Source: Candidatus Bathyarchaeota archaeon (GTDB lineage Archaea > Thermoproteota > Bathyarchaeia > Bathyarchaeales > Bathycorpusculaceae). Taken from it: 64,000 nt of DNA. A program made the position numbers and the translations under genes. The notes beneath the pieces are model-generated. The model worked only from the letters and a program-made list of their open reading frames with translations. It made no database searches and was not told where the DNA came from. Shown here in pieces: positions 18,157 to 27,421 of this stretch. The DNA is taken from contig CAWGZR010000010.1 in the NCBI GenBank assembly GCA_963827165.1, forward strand, positions 128,001-192,000. Reading direction: 5' to 3'. Each line of letters opens with the position of its first letter. Positions within the stretch are counted from its first letter, which is position 1.

Positions 18157-18301
18157 GCTCTACCAACCCCAACCAAGCAGCTTAGCCACGAACGTTTGCA
18201 CTTGAAAGTCACTTGACAAAATAAACCATAATCTCCTACTTAATCCGTTTTTCCCAAAACCAACCCAAATCTAAAAACCGCCACTTAAGCCTACATCGCA
18301 T

Positions 18302-18781
18302 TTACAGCAGCTTGTTTGACTGAGCCGTTTGTTCTGCTTTTTGCTTCAACGCTACGTTCATTTCTTCGAATCCTCTTATTGTGCCGCCTAGAAGGCTTCG
18401 GGTAAAGGGTACAAGTAAACCCGTGAATTTTTCACGTTGAATAAATTTTACATATTTGCCGCGTGAGGGCTCAATTATTAGGGAGTGTTCGCCGTCGAAC
18501 AGCCAAGGAAGATAAAGTCTTCCAAGCCAGCGCAGTTCACGGTTAGCCTCGACTTTCTGCAAAACAGGCTTGAAAGTTATGCCTCTGCCTCCCGGAGGCT
18601 GGATGAAAATTTTCAGTTTTGAGCCTACCTTGATTTCTCCAGTCACCATCCTGATGAAAGGATTCCAATTTGGGTAACTCGGAAAATCCGTGATTATCGC
18701 CCAAACACTTTCGGGGGAAGAATTAATCAGAATTTCGCTAGAAAGTTGTTTACGAAAAACCAGAAAGAACACCTGTTTCAA
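18302..18781 (-). CDS. SRPBCC/polyketide cyclase-like protein
   Basis: INSSPESVWAIITDFPSYPNWNPFI...ELRWLG..LFDGEH...FIQREKFTG. Confidence 0.85.
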   Translation of the reverse strand: MKQVFFLVFRKQLSSEILINSSPESVWAIITDFPSYPNWNPFIRMVTGEIKVGSKLKIFIQPPGGRGITFKPVLQKVEANRELRWLGRLYLPWLFDGEHSLIIEPSRGKYVKFIQREKFTGLLVPFTRSLLGGTIRGFEEMNVALKQKAEQTAQSNKLL

Positions 18782-19005
18782 GAAAGATTTTTCCCGATAT
18801 TAACCTTATTGCGTTCCGGCTTGCCGTTGGTTGTTTACGCCGTTTTTGTGTTTGTACCCTTTTTCTCGTTAAGGGGCTAAAGCTTCTATGGAAATCAGTT
18901 ATACATGCATTTTTGAGGTATCAGAAGCACCCCTTTGACCTGCCGATCTGAAGCATCAAGGTGAAACGGTAATGCTTTTACGTCGAATTTGTGCATTATA
19001 GCGCT

Positions 19006-19680
19006 ATGAGCCACGCCACCAGGAAAGCTCCGCCAAAAAAGAGTAAGCAAACTCGAACGTGGATTGCCGCCGTTTCAGTCGTGCTAATTATTGTAACGGT
19101 GATTGCCACGGTGCATTTTTGGCCTACAGCCGACTACAAGACTTCCGTAATTAGTCAAGCGAACCCCGCGAACGCAAGCCCAGCTTTTACAGCTTTCACA
19201 AGTCGCTACATCGAAGTAATGAAAAATTTGAATTCGAGCGAGACAAAAGCCAAAATGCTCGCGTTGCTCAATCCAAGCGACAACCAAACTCAACTTTTCA
19301 GTTGGGAAGGCAGCAAGATGAAGTTTACGAGTGACCCAGCAGGCGCCTTTGAGGATCCATTTCAAATCCTGAATGACGGGGAAGGCATCTGTGTGCAATG
19401 GAGCATTGTCTATGTTTCAGCTTGTTTAGCACTTGGGGACCAGAGCAGGCTCGTCGTGGCTGTTGACACACAAAGTTGGGGCTACATACACGTTTGGGCT
19501 GAAGACTACTACAACGGGGAATGGGTTCACGTAGATCCCTCAGATAAAGTTTGGGACAACCCACATAGATACCTTAGCTGGGATTGGGGACCCTACATCG
19601 GATCAACAGTTAAGGTCTACGCGTTTGAAGATAACCGATACCAAGACGTAACATCCAACTACGCCGCCAACTCCAGCTAA
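19006..19680 (+). CDS. Membrane-anchored transglutaminase-like (Cys-His-Asp) protein
   Basis: TM anchor; GICVQWS, HVWAE, WVHVDP catalytic triad motifs. Confidence 0.85.
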   Translation: MSHATRKAPPKKSKQTRTWIAAVSVVLIIVTVIATVHFWPTADYKTSVISQANPANASPAFTAFTSRYIEVMKNLNSSETKAKMLALLNPSDNQTQLFSWEGSKMKFTSDPAGAFEDPFQILNDGEGICVQWSIVYVSACLALGDQSRLVVAVDTQSWGYIHVWAEDYYNGEWVHVDPSDKVWDNPHRYLSWDWGPYIGSTVKVYAFEDNRYQDVTSNYAANSS

Positions 19681-19801
19681 AAGATTCGGAACAGCGCTCA
19701 AGACACTTATTATGCCTTTGGCGATGCGGCAATTTCTTAAATAATCGAGCAACCAAGAATAAGTGAGAAATAGTTGTACCCAACATAAATGGAACTACAA
19801 G

Positions 19802-20813
19802 ATGCTAACCATAACTGAACTCAGGAAAAACGAGAGTGGACAATGGCGCTCCGATAGTTTGGAGACTTTGCCCGCCAAAATTGCCGAAGGCTCAATTTTG
19901 TGGGTTGACGCTGAAGATCCATCAGAGGCAGAAACATCCCAACTAATAAGCCGTTTTGAGTTGGTTAACTTCAACTTGAAGGAATTTGAAGAGCCAGGGC
20001 GACGCTCAAAAGTTGAAGAAGTTGAGAATCGTGTTTCCTGCTTTGTGAGTTATCCCAGCAGCGAACAGTTTATTCCCGACGCAAAATCGAAATGGATCGC
20101 CTTAACAGTTAGTGACCGATGGATGGTTTCCGTTCACAAGGGTCACTCGGAAATCACATGTGAAATCTACAAGAAAATCAGCACTCACGGCTATTTCGCC
20201 CTTTCACTTGAACCATCCACCGACATTCTGCTATACATCTTTTTAGATTTGATCCTTAACGAGTTCTTTCTCGTTTCTGACTTAGCGCACGAACAACTTC
20301 AGCGTTTAAGTCAAGAAGCTGCAAGCCGCTTCAGACAACAAAGACCAAACGACTCAAGCAGACGACTTGGACTTAGACATAGCCAAATCCAGAGAGCAAG
20401 TCATAGCTCTAAGGCAGGCGATAGGGCCCTTCCGCGAAGTTGTTGGAAGAACCGCAAGAGGCGAATTCGCCATAGTTTCAAACGCCACGCTGACCCGTTT
20501 TGAAGACCTCTACGACAGAACAATCTCGCTTATGGAAGTCGTGGACACTCACCGAGAAGAAATCCAAGACATCGTCGACCTCATCATCAACGCCCAAACA
20601 TTAACAACCAACAACATCATCAGGGTACTCACCATAATTTCAGCCATTTTCCTGCCGCTCACACTGATAGCGGGGATTTATGGGACAAACTTCGGACGCG
20701 GGTTCTCAGTGCCGGGCTCAAATTTCACCTACGGATTTTACGTCATGATTGCAGTGATGATCGGCGTTGCAGTGGTACTTATTTCGGTTTTCCGAAGAAA
20801 GGGCTGGATTTGA
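19802..20813 (+). pseudogene. corA: CorA-family divalent cation transporter split by a +1 frameshift (~20372-20378)
   Basis: N-part LWVDAEDPSE (frame of ORF 19763..20503); C-part NNIIRVLTIISAIFLPLTLIAGIYGTNF (GMN-like GTN)...FRRKGWI in the +1 frame. May be a sequencing artefact rather than a true pseudogene. Confidence 0.8.
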
Positions 20814-21083
20814 GAAAACATATTTTCGGAAAAGGACGTTTTTGGAGCATATCTTTGGGTTTCCGCTCTTATTTTCTTCTTGGCGAGCGTCAAACCTTTT
20901 ACCGTGCGTTGTCTTGCTTGCATACCTTTCAATGGGTTAGTTTTAAATATTGAGCGACGCAATATTTCTAAAACTATGTTGCATAAAATGCAGGGTAGGA
21001 ACACGGATAGTTTAGCGCAACAATTTGCTTTTACGATATTCTCGCAGAAAGTTACCTTAACAGCTTGCGGAGGATCGAGTTAA

Positions 21084-22569
21084 TTGACTGATGCAGTGGC
21101 TAAAACGCCGACTCAAGACGAATTAGACGGCGCAAAAATAATTGCACGTCAAGACCGGATCCCGATTTGGTCTCTTTCTTACCTGTTCTTAGGCATTTTG
21201 GGAATAGGTTACATCTTCATATTTTTCGATATTTTCAACATCAATGTATCTTTTATTCAGACGGCGCTCACACTTGGTTGGGCGACTTCACCCACATCTT
21301 CAACGATAACGAGCCTGGAAGGATTCGTCGTCCTTTTGAACCTGATCGGCTATGTTATTGGTGCTTTGGCGCTTAGCCCATTCTCCGATAGGTTCGGAAG
21401 AAGAGAAATGCTAATAGTGACTCTCCTAATAACGGGAATCGGCTCCATTCTCAACGCGCTCGTCACAAATTATTGGGAATTTGCCGCTGCAAGGTTCATT
21501 ACAGGCATCGGCGTAGGCGCAGACCTCGCCATCGTTAACTCTTATGTTAATGAAGTAGCGCCTAAAAACGGCAGAGCGAAATACACGTCATTCTTATTCG
21601 TTCTTGCAGGAATCGGAACCGTTTTAGCCGTATGGATTGGTCTCGTTTTGACCACGCCAGCCACTTCGTTCCCCAACGGTCTTCCATTTGCGCTTGCAAA
21701 CGCTGGAACATTTTTGGCCACAAACGGATGGCGAGTAATGTACGCAATTGGCGGCCTCCTTGCACTCATAGGCGTATTGCTAAGATTTGGGTTGCCTGAA
21801 TCGACTCGTTGGCTCATAACGCATGGTCGCCCCAAAGAAGCCGATAGAATTGTTACGGAAATGGAAACCCGCGCCTTGGAGTCTATGGAAGAACTTCCGC
21901 CCCTGCCCGAGTCACTTCCAATCATACAGAAGCCGCAGCCCGTTCCATACAGAGAAATATTCACAAACAAACTCTACAGAAACAGAACCATCCTTCTGTT
22001 CTTCGTTTGGTTCTTCGGCTACATGACTGTCTACATCAACGCCGCTGGATTGTCAACAATTCTTGCGGGGGCAGGATTCGCTTTTCCAGAAAACGGAATA
22101 GTCGTTGCTTTAGGTATCTTCGGATTCGTCGTTGCAGGCGTAATGGCCTTCTTCTTGGGAGACAAAATGGAGAGGAAACTTTGGCTGCCCATCTCCGCGG
22201 CCATCACGTTAGTGGGCGGTATACTCAGTAGCTTTCGGCATCAGCAATTTAGGTCTTGCAGCAGTAGGCGCATTACTCATTTTCATAGGCATGGACTTCT
22301 TTGTTCCCATAACCTACACTTGGGTCACGGAGAGCTATCCAACGCGCGCAAGGGCCACTGGATTCGCAATGGCGGATGGACTGGGACACTTAGGCGGCGG
22401 CATAGGACTGATAATCGTCGGAGCACTTCTATCAATAATGAAATCGGGCTCAGTCGCATCAATACTTGTACTCTTCATCATAATCGCTATGTTCCAGGTT
22501 ATATCTGCAGTTATCGCTCAGTTTGGACCGAAAACCGCAAACAAAAGGCTAGATGAAGTTTCACCATAG
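21084..22569 (+). pseudogene. MFS transporter (sugar/aromatic-acid type) split by a +1 frameshift (~22224-22228)
   Basis: SDRFGRR, ARFITGIGVGA, YVNEVAP...R, LPESTRWL; last helices (VAFGISNLG...TESYPTRARATG) continue in the +1 frame. Confidence 0.8.
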
Positions 22570-22605
22570 CCAACGAAAGCCCCACACTATTTTTCTTTCT
22601 TTTTT

Positions 22606-23312
22606 TCAATTAAGCTTGAAGTAGATACGCCTGTTACTCTTGCCCTTGTTTTCTGTTTTCAAAAGCTGAACTTGTCCAACTTCACGCAGATTCTTAACAT
22701 GTGTGCCGCCGTCTGCCTGTTTGTCGACGCCAACGATTTCCACGATTCGCAAGGAAGGCAAATCTGGTGGGAACGCACAAGCCATTTTGACTACGCCAGG
22801 AATTTTCATGGCTTCTGCCCATGGCAGCTCATATCATTTCACGGGCACATCGGTGCCAAAAAGCTTATTCGCCTTCTCCAAATAGGCCTCCAAGATTTCG
22901 CGGTCGAATTTTTCCAAGTTAAAGTCAAATCGAATGTGGTCTACTTCGAGCTGGTTACCCGTGATAAGCGCCCCTGTTCCCTGGTTAAGCAGAGAAGCAG
23001 CAACGTGAGCGGCGGTGTGACTGCGCATAAGCTTGTATCTTCTCTCCCAATTTAAAACCAAATGAACAATGTCGCCTGCTTCAAGACCAGCCTGGTCAAC
23101 CTCATGAGAAATCGCGCCAGAAAACTTGCCAACGTAGACCACACCAAAATCTTTGCCGTCCCTGACGATTTTTCCAGTGTCAAATGGTTGTCCGCCGCCG
23201 TTCGGGTAGAAGATTGTTTGGTCTAAGACCACGTATTTGCCGTCTTTAACTGAAACGACGTTTGCATCGGCTTCTTTGAGGTAGCTGTCAACCAGGTACA
23301 CGCTTAAGTCAC
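22606..23312 (-). pseudogene. alaX: AlaX-M alanyl-tRNA editing protein with an in-frame TGA (22834-22836) and a disturbed 5' end
   Basis: LDQTIFYPNGGGQPFDTG, RYKLMRSHTAAH, then VK-TGA-YELP and in-frame QADGGTHVKN...KGKSNRRIYF. Confidence 0.82.
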
Positions 23313-23361
23313 AGGAGCACCCTAACTTACTTCTTGCCGAACCCTACTTAAGAGCTGTTTC

Positions 23362-23391
23362 AAGACGACCGACTTCGAGTCAGGTCGTCTT
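23362..23391 (+). terminator. Strong hairpin followed by a T tract
   Basis: AAGACGACC-GACT-TCG-AGTC-A-GGTCGTCTT then CCGTTTCTTTTTCTTTT. Confidence 0.4.
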
Positions 23392-23451
23392 CCGTTTCTT
23401 TTTCTTTTCAGCGTGCCGAATCCCTTTAATGGAGAAAAATTGCTGTTCTTT

Positions 23452-23877
23452 TCAGGTTTTTTCTTTAACCTGAGGCTTCTTACTAAAATATTCCTTCAGC
23501 GGATCCCAGTACCACTCTACCCAGCCCTCTGCAGCGTCGTCTGCTATCTCTTCGGGAAACTCTGAGTGCACCATAACAAGCTCCGTTCCCTCAGACGCCT
23601 TATTGAAACACAACTCCAGCCTTGAAGGGCCATAGCCTTCTGGAAAATCCGTCGATGTCCATTCTTGAACCACGCGTTTCCCATCCTCAAGCTCGAGATA
23701 TTTCCCAAAAATGTATCCGTCCCAAGCTGTAAATTTGCCGCCCACGACCGCTTTCCCCGTGGCTTTGGCTGCGGTAAATTTGCTTTGTTTCTTTGGGTCA
23801 ACATAGGCGTCGTAAACGTCTTTGGGAGAAGCTGGAATAACGACTTTTTGCTTTATGGTTCTAACTTTTGCTTTCAT
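23452..23877 (-). CDS. AHSA1/START-like SRPBCC domain protein
   Basis: ASPKDVYDAY, VGGKFTAWDGYIFG, RVVQEW, GWVEWYWDPLK. Confidence 0.88.
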   Translation of the reverse strand: MKAKVRTIKQKVVIPASPKDVYDAYVDPKKQSKFTAAKATGKAVVGGKFTAWDGYIFGKYLELEDGKRVVQEWTSTDFPEGYGPSRLELCFNKASEGTELVMVHSEFPEEIADDAAEGWVEWYWDPLKEYFSKKPQVKEKT

Positions 23878-23948
23878 AAAAAACGTCACTAATAAAACTA
23901 GTGTGGGAAGGTTTTTTAACTTTTTCGCTTAGTTAGCATTGACCGAAA

Positions 23949-24170
23949 ATGGGAAGATGCACGGTAACAAAGGGTCAACGTAGAATTGGCAGAACAATTC
24001 GGAAACTTGAGGGGAGCGTTGAGCTTAGCTCTAAAGAAAGCAATGCCAAAATAGCAGAGAAAACCTACAAGCAGAAAACCCAGGCAACCCAAGGCTACCC
24101 GGAAAATTCGCCAGTACAGAATTTGCGTGACCCCGCTAAATGGAAAAAAGCGGACAGCAAGCAGCCCTAA
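23949..24170 (+). CDS. Small basic hypothetical protein
   Basis: ATG start, 73 aa Lys/Arg-rich, divergent from the AHSA1 gene; no family recognised. Confidence 0.5.
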   Translation: MGRCTVTKGQRRIGRTIRKLEGSVELSSKESNAKIAEKTYKQKTQATQGYPENSPVQNLRDPAKWKKADSKQP

Positions 24171-24199
24171 AAAAAGAAAGTTTGCCAAGAAGAACGAAT

Positions 24200-24299
24200 T
24201 GTTCAGCGAACCAAACGTTCAACAAGTGGTAGACAAGATTTGGGAATCCTGTGGGGATTTACGTATGGGCGGGCTCGTTGAACGCCGATTCGCTGAACA
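24200..24299. repeat. 100-bp element with ~26-bp imperfect inverted-repeat arms
   Basis: TGTTCAGCGAA/TTCGCTGAACA and CGTTCAAC/GTTGAACG perfect arms, plus an inner AATCC/GGATT hairpin. Confidence 0.7.
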
Positions 24300-24534
24300 C
24301 CTTTTTCTAATCGGCTTTGCGCTGTTCTCGGCAAATGAAATAATCCTTTTTTACGCTCTTAATAGTTTCACAAATAATCTATAGAAACTCAATAGCTGGG
24401 TGTCTTTAAGTTCTTTAAGATGTAAGCATCTAGTTTTAATGTGGTTTTATGTCTGCTTCTTTAGATATTGAGGGTAACTGGAACTTTAGGGTTTTTGACA
24501 AACGTTAATTGTTGTAAAAACCAAGAGTGAAAGA

Positions 24535-24807
24535 GTGCGAAAAATCGCTGCTTTAGACGTTTTGACTAATCTGATGTTTGCGATTGAAGTGCCGCAAATG
24601 GTTTCGATGGATGAGCTCAGCGTTGAGAAGGAGTATTTGGCGAACCTCAGGGTTTATACTTCAAAAGATCTTGGAGACGTTGAGGGGGACTTCCTGAACT
24701 TCTTTGAAGCTATAGACGTTGAGCAAAACATTGAAGATTTCATCAAAGCTTATTGGGTTTATCCAAGCAAGATCCGATTTGAACTAATCGACCTTGAAGA
24801 ACCCTAA
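24535..24807 (+). CDS. Small acidic hypothetical protein
   Basis: 90-aa ORF with protein-like composition; its stop overlaps the convergent ftsY stop. Confidence 0.65.
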   Translation: MRKIAALDVLTNLMFAIEVPQMVSMDELSVEKEYLANLRVYTSKDLGDVEGDFLNFFEAIDVEQNIEDFIKAYWVYPSKIRFELIDLEEP

Positions 24808-25709
24808 CGCAGAACCATGTTTACGAATTTTTCGGGGTTAAACAGCTCTAGGTCCTTGTACGTTTGGCCAACACCGATGAAAAGAATGGGTTTCTGAGTC
24901 ACGTATGTCACGCTAAGAGCTGAGCCGCCTTTCACGTCAGCGTCAACCTTCGTTAAGATTGTTGCGTCAATGGCGACGGCTTTGTTGAATTCTTCTGCCT
25001 GCATGACCGCGTCGTTGCCGATCAGCGAATCCACAGTTAAAATAGTCAAGTCGGGTTCAACAACACGTTTCACTTTAATTAGCTCATTCATTAGGTTCTG
25101 GTTAGTCTGCATTCTGCCTGCCGTGTCGATTAAGACAATGTTGGTTCCGTGAGCCTTCGCGTAGCTAACTGTGTCGTAGGCGACTGCCGCTGGGTCGCCG
25201 CCATAATTGCTTTTTATGATACGTAAGCCCAGGCGTTTGGCGTGCTCCTCAAGCTGTTCGATTGAGCCAGCGCGGTAAGTGTCAGCGCCCGCAAGCACTA
25301 CCGAATAACGCTTATCATTGAAAAACTGCGCAACTTTGGCCACCGTCGTGGTTTTGCCAGTGCCGTTGATGCCGACAAACATCAAAATAAACGGTTCACC
25401 CTTCTTTCGCTTCTCGTCAGCCAACTTTAGCAAGTCGACCCGAACGTTGGTCATCATGACTTCCAAAAGGACCTGTCTGAGGTTTTCCTCAACGATTTTT
25501 TTCTTGTCATCCAATCGTTTAACTTGGACTCCGACGAGGCGTTTTTCGAGGTCTTCGCTGATTTTGTCAGCTACTGGAAAAGCAACGTCGTTTTGAACGA
25601 GACTCATCTTAAATTCTGATAATATGGGAGCTAGATTCTCGGGCTTAAACTCGGCTGTGGTGACCTTATTTATTAAGCCTTTAAAACCCGACTTTAGCTT
25701 CTCAAACAT
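24804..25709 (-). CDS. ftsY: Signal recognition particle receptor FtsY
   Basis: GINGTGKTTT, ADTYRAG, DTAGR, TKVDAD.KGG, GVGQ; start at MFEKLK. Confidence 0.97.
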   Translation of the reverse strand: MFEKLKSGFKGLINKVTTAEFKPENLAPILSEFKMSLVQNDVAFPVADKISEDLEKRLVGVQVKRLDDKKKIVEENLRQVLLEVMMTNVRVDLLKLADEKRKKGEPFILMFVGINGTGKTTTVAKVAQFFNDKRYSVVLAGADTYRAGSIEQLEEHAKRLGLRIIKSNYGGDPAAVAYDTVSYAKAHGTNIVLIDTAGRMQTNQNLMNELIKVKRVVEPDLTILTVDSLIGNDAVMQAEEFNKAVAIDATILTKVDADVKGGSALSVTYVTQKPILFIGVGQTYKDLELFNPEKFVNMVLR

Positions 25710-25713
25710 CGCT

Positions 25714-26154
25714 TCAAGGCTTCCCTTCTCTGCTAGAGGAAAGCAAAGTTTCAAGCCTGCTTCTGCCCGAGTTTATTCGCTCAGCCACTTGACTGAACTG
25801 CTGCTGAGCTGCATTCATGGTTTTTTCCAACTCATCTAACCGTTCTTTAAGGGTTGCTTTTGCCTCAGCCAACGGTTTCTCAACAGAAACCCCAGCGCCC
25901 ATCCCAACGATAACTGTGTTTGTGTCGGCAAGCTTCGCTTTGACGTATGCGCTGCCGCCTATAGGGACAAGAAGTTCAGTGTTTTCTTTTTCTTTTTCTA
26001 TCCCGTCCAACGTCATGTTTGCATAGGTTAAGTCTGAGATAGCGGCGTTGACCATGCTGATGCGTTGCTGCAGAGTTTCAGCAGTCTGCTCAAGATACCG
26101 CATCTCTACGCTTAGGCGTCTTAGCTCCTCTTCAGATTTATTGGGTTGCGACAA
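25714..26154 (-). CDS. pfdA: Prefoldin alpha subunit
   Basis: LLVPIGGSAYVKA...VIVGMGAGVSVEK flanked by coiled coils; eif6-rpl18a-pfdA-ftsY order is the usual archaeal synteny. Confidence 0.95.
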   Translation of the reverse strand: MSQPNKSEEELRRLSVEMRYLEQTAETLQQRISMVNAAISDLTYANMTLDGIEKEKENTELLVPIGGSAYVKAKLADTNTVIVGMGAGVSVEKPLAEAKATLKERLDELEKTMNAAQQQFSQVAERINSGRSRLETLLSSSREGKP

Positions 26155-26167
26155 GGGTTAACTCTCC

Positions 26168-26395
26168 TTATTGCTCCGCAACTATTTTCTTCAGTATTGG
26201 ATTTTCAATTTGGTCCGCAGAAATTTCTTTTACTTCGGTTATTTTGATGTGGCATCTCTTCACGCGGTGCCTGCTTCCTATTTCAGCGTAAACCTTCTCG
26301 ACCGCATGCTCACTTTTGTCAGCTAACAATTCTCTAGCAAACGGCGTTTTTAACCGCGGCTTGTTGATTTTGCCGGTAACTCTGAAAGCTTTCAT
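26168..26395 (-). CDS. rpl18a: 50S ribosomal protein L18a/LX (eL20)
   Basis: MKAFRVTG...AVEKVYAEIGSRHRVKR..IKI; synteny. Confidence 0.93.
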   Translation of the reverse strand: MKAFRVTGKINKPRLKTPFARELLADKSEHAVEKVYAEIGSRHRVKRCHIKITEVKEISADQIENPILKKIVAEQ

Positions 26396-26572
26396 TTTTC
26401 ATCTTTCCGCACAACAACCACTGCGTTCCCAATAATAAACATATTCACCAAAAAATGGAAGGACTAAGTCGCTTAGATTTCAACCAGCTTTAAAAATGGT
26501 CAACTAAGTCGTTTGCAATAAGCCAAAGAATGTTCAAGAATTAGTGGTGATGGGATTGACAACACTGCGATT

Positions 26573-27241
26573 TTATAAGGTGCCTAAAGCATGCTCAATT
26601 ATGAACATTTCAGGTCCAGTCGTCATGGAACCAGCCACGGAAGCCTGCGAGTTAGCAATCAACCCTGTACCAACATAGGGGACACCGCAGTTGACCGTAC
26701 CGACGTCGACCGGAACTTTGAAAACTTCTTCCAAAATCTTTCTTTCTTCATCCTTAAGCAACGGATGAGCCAACAATCCTTTGTTGGTTGCCACAGCAAG
26801 TGAGCCGACATAGGGCAGTCCAGCTATTTCGGTAGGAACAACTTCGACGCCGAGGGCTTCACTAATTTGCTTGATCTCAGTTGGCTTCAAACGAGGGTCA
26901 ACTACTGCGCCGTTGTCATTCACAAGAACCAGGTTGCCATAAGCAGTCTTTTTCGTTTCCATGATTGTAAGGTTTCCCTCATAGACTGATTTAATCTGTT
27001 TTAGTTCTTCTTCCCGAACGTAGTTTGGAAGCAGCATCCCATTGGAGTTTGCACATGCCAACGCTCCGCAGAGAACTGAGCCGCCGATAGAGGTATAGAT
27101 GAGCTTGTTTTTCAACCAGTCAGCAATTTCCTGGGCTTTTTCCAGAGGAACCATCCGTGGAATCATAACTACCTTTTCTGTTGCCAAGGTGTAAACGCCT
27201 ATGCTTGCGCTTCCAACTATGCTGGACAAGTAAACAGTCAA
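26573..27241 (-). CDS. eif6: Translation initiation factor aIF6/eIF6
   Basis: SIGVY, ANSNG, AYGNLVLVNDNG, VGSLAVATNKG, GTVNCG, TTGPE. Confidence 0.96.
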   Translation of the reverse strand: MTVYLSSIVGSASIGVYTLATEKVVMIPRMVPLEKAQEIADWLKNKLIYTSIGGSVLCGALACANSNGMLLPNYVREEELKQIKSVYEGNLTIMETKKTAYGNLVLVNDNGAVVDPRLKPTEIKQISEALGVEVVPTEIAGLPYVGSLAVATNKGLLAHPLLKDEERKILEEVFKVPVDVGTVNCGVPYVGTGLIANSQASVAGSMTTGPEMFIIEHALGTL

Positions 27242-27421
27242 GAACTAATTTCTCCTACAAGACTCACAGTCTCGAAGTTTCATGCGAACTCCCTATTTTA
27301 GATTGCGGTGCACACAAAGTTTTCTTTGCTGTCTTGGTCTGGTTCTCCATTGATGAGCATGGTTAGCATCCAAAAATTCAAAAAAAATTTGCCAAAAAAT
27401 GGCAAAAAGAATGTGAAAAGT

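Noticed and set aside
7800-22836. Genome-wide TGA=Trp or Sec recoding suggested by two in-frame TGAs
   Set aside because: Conserved genes such as iorA, pfdA, rpl1-cluster neighbours and argF end at expected positions with ordinary stops including TGA, TGG is used normally, and the two sites are not Cys positions.
24217-24283. Integron attC site (GTTCAAC...GTTGAAC fits RYYYAAC/GTTRRRY)
   Set aside because: The L boxes do not pair at the required spacing, and there is no cassette array or integron integrase in the window.
26451-26514. Two copies of AAAAATGG-N3/4-ACTAAGTCG between rpl18a and eif6
   Set aside because: Only two short imperfect copies; too little for a CRISPR or a supported regulatory call.
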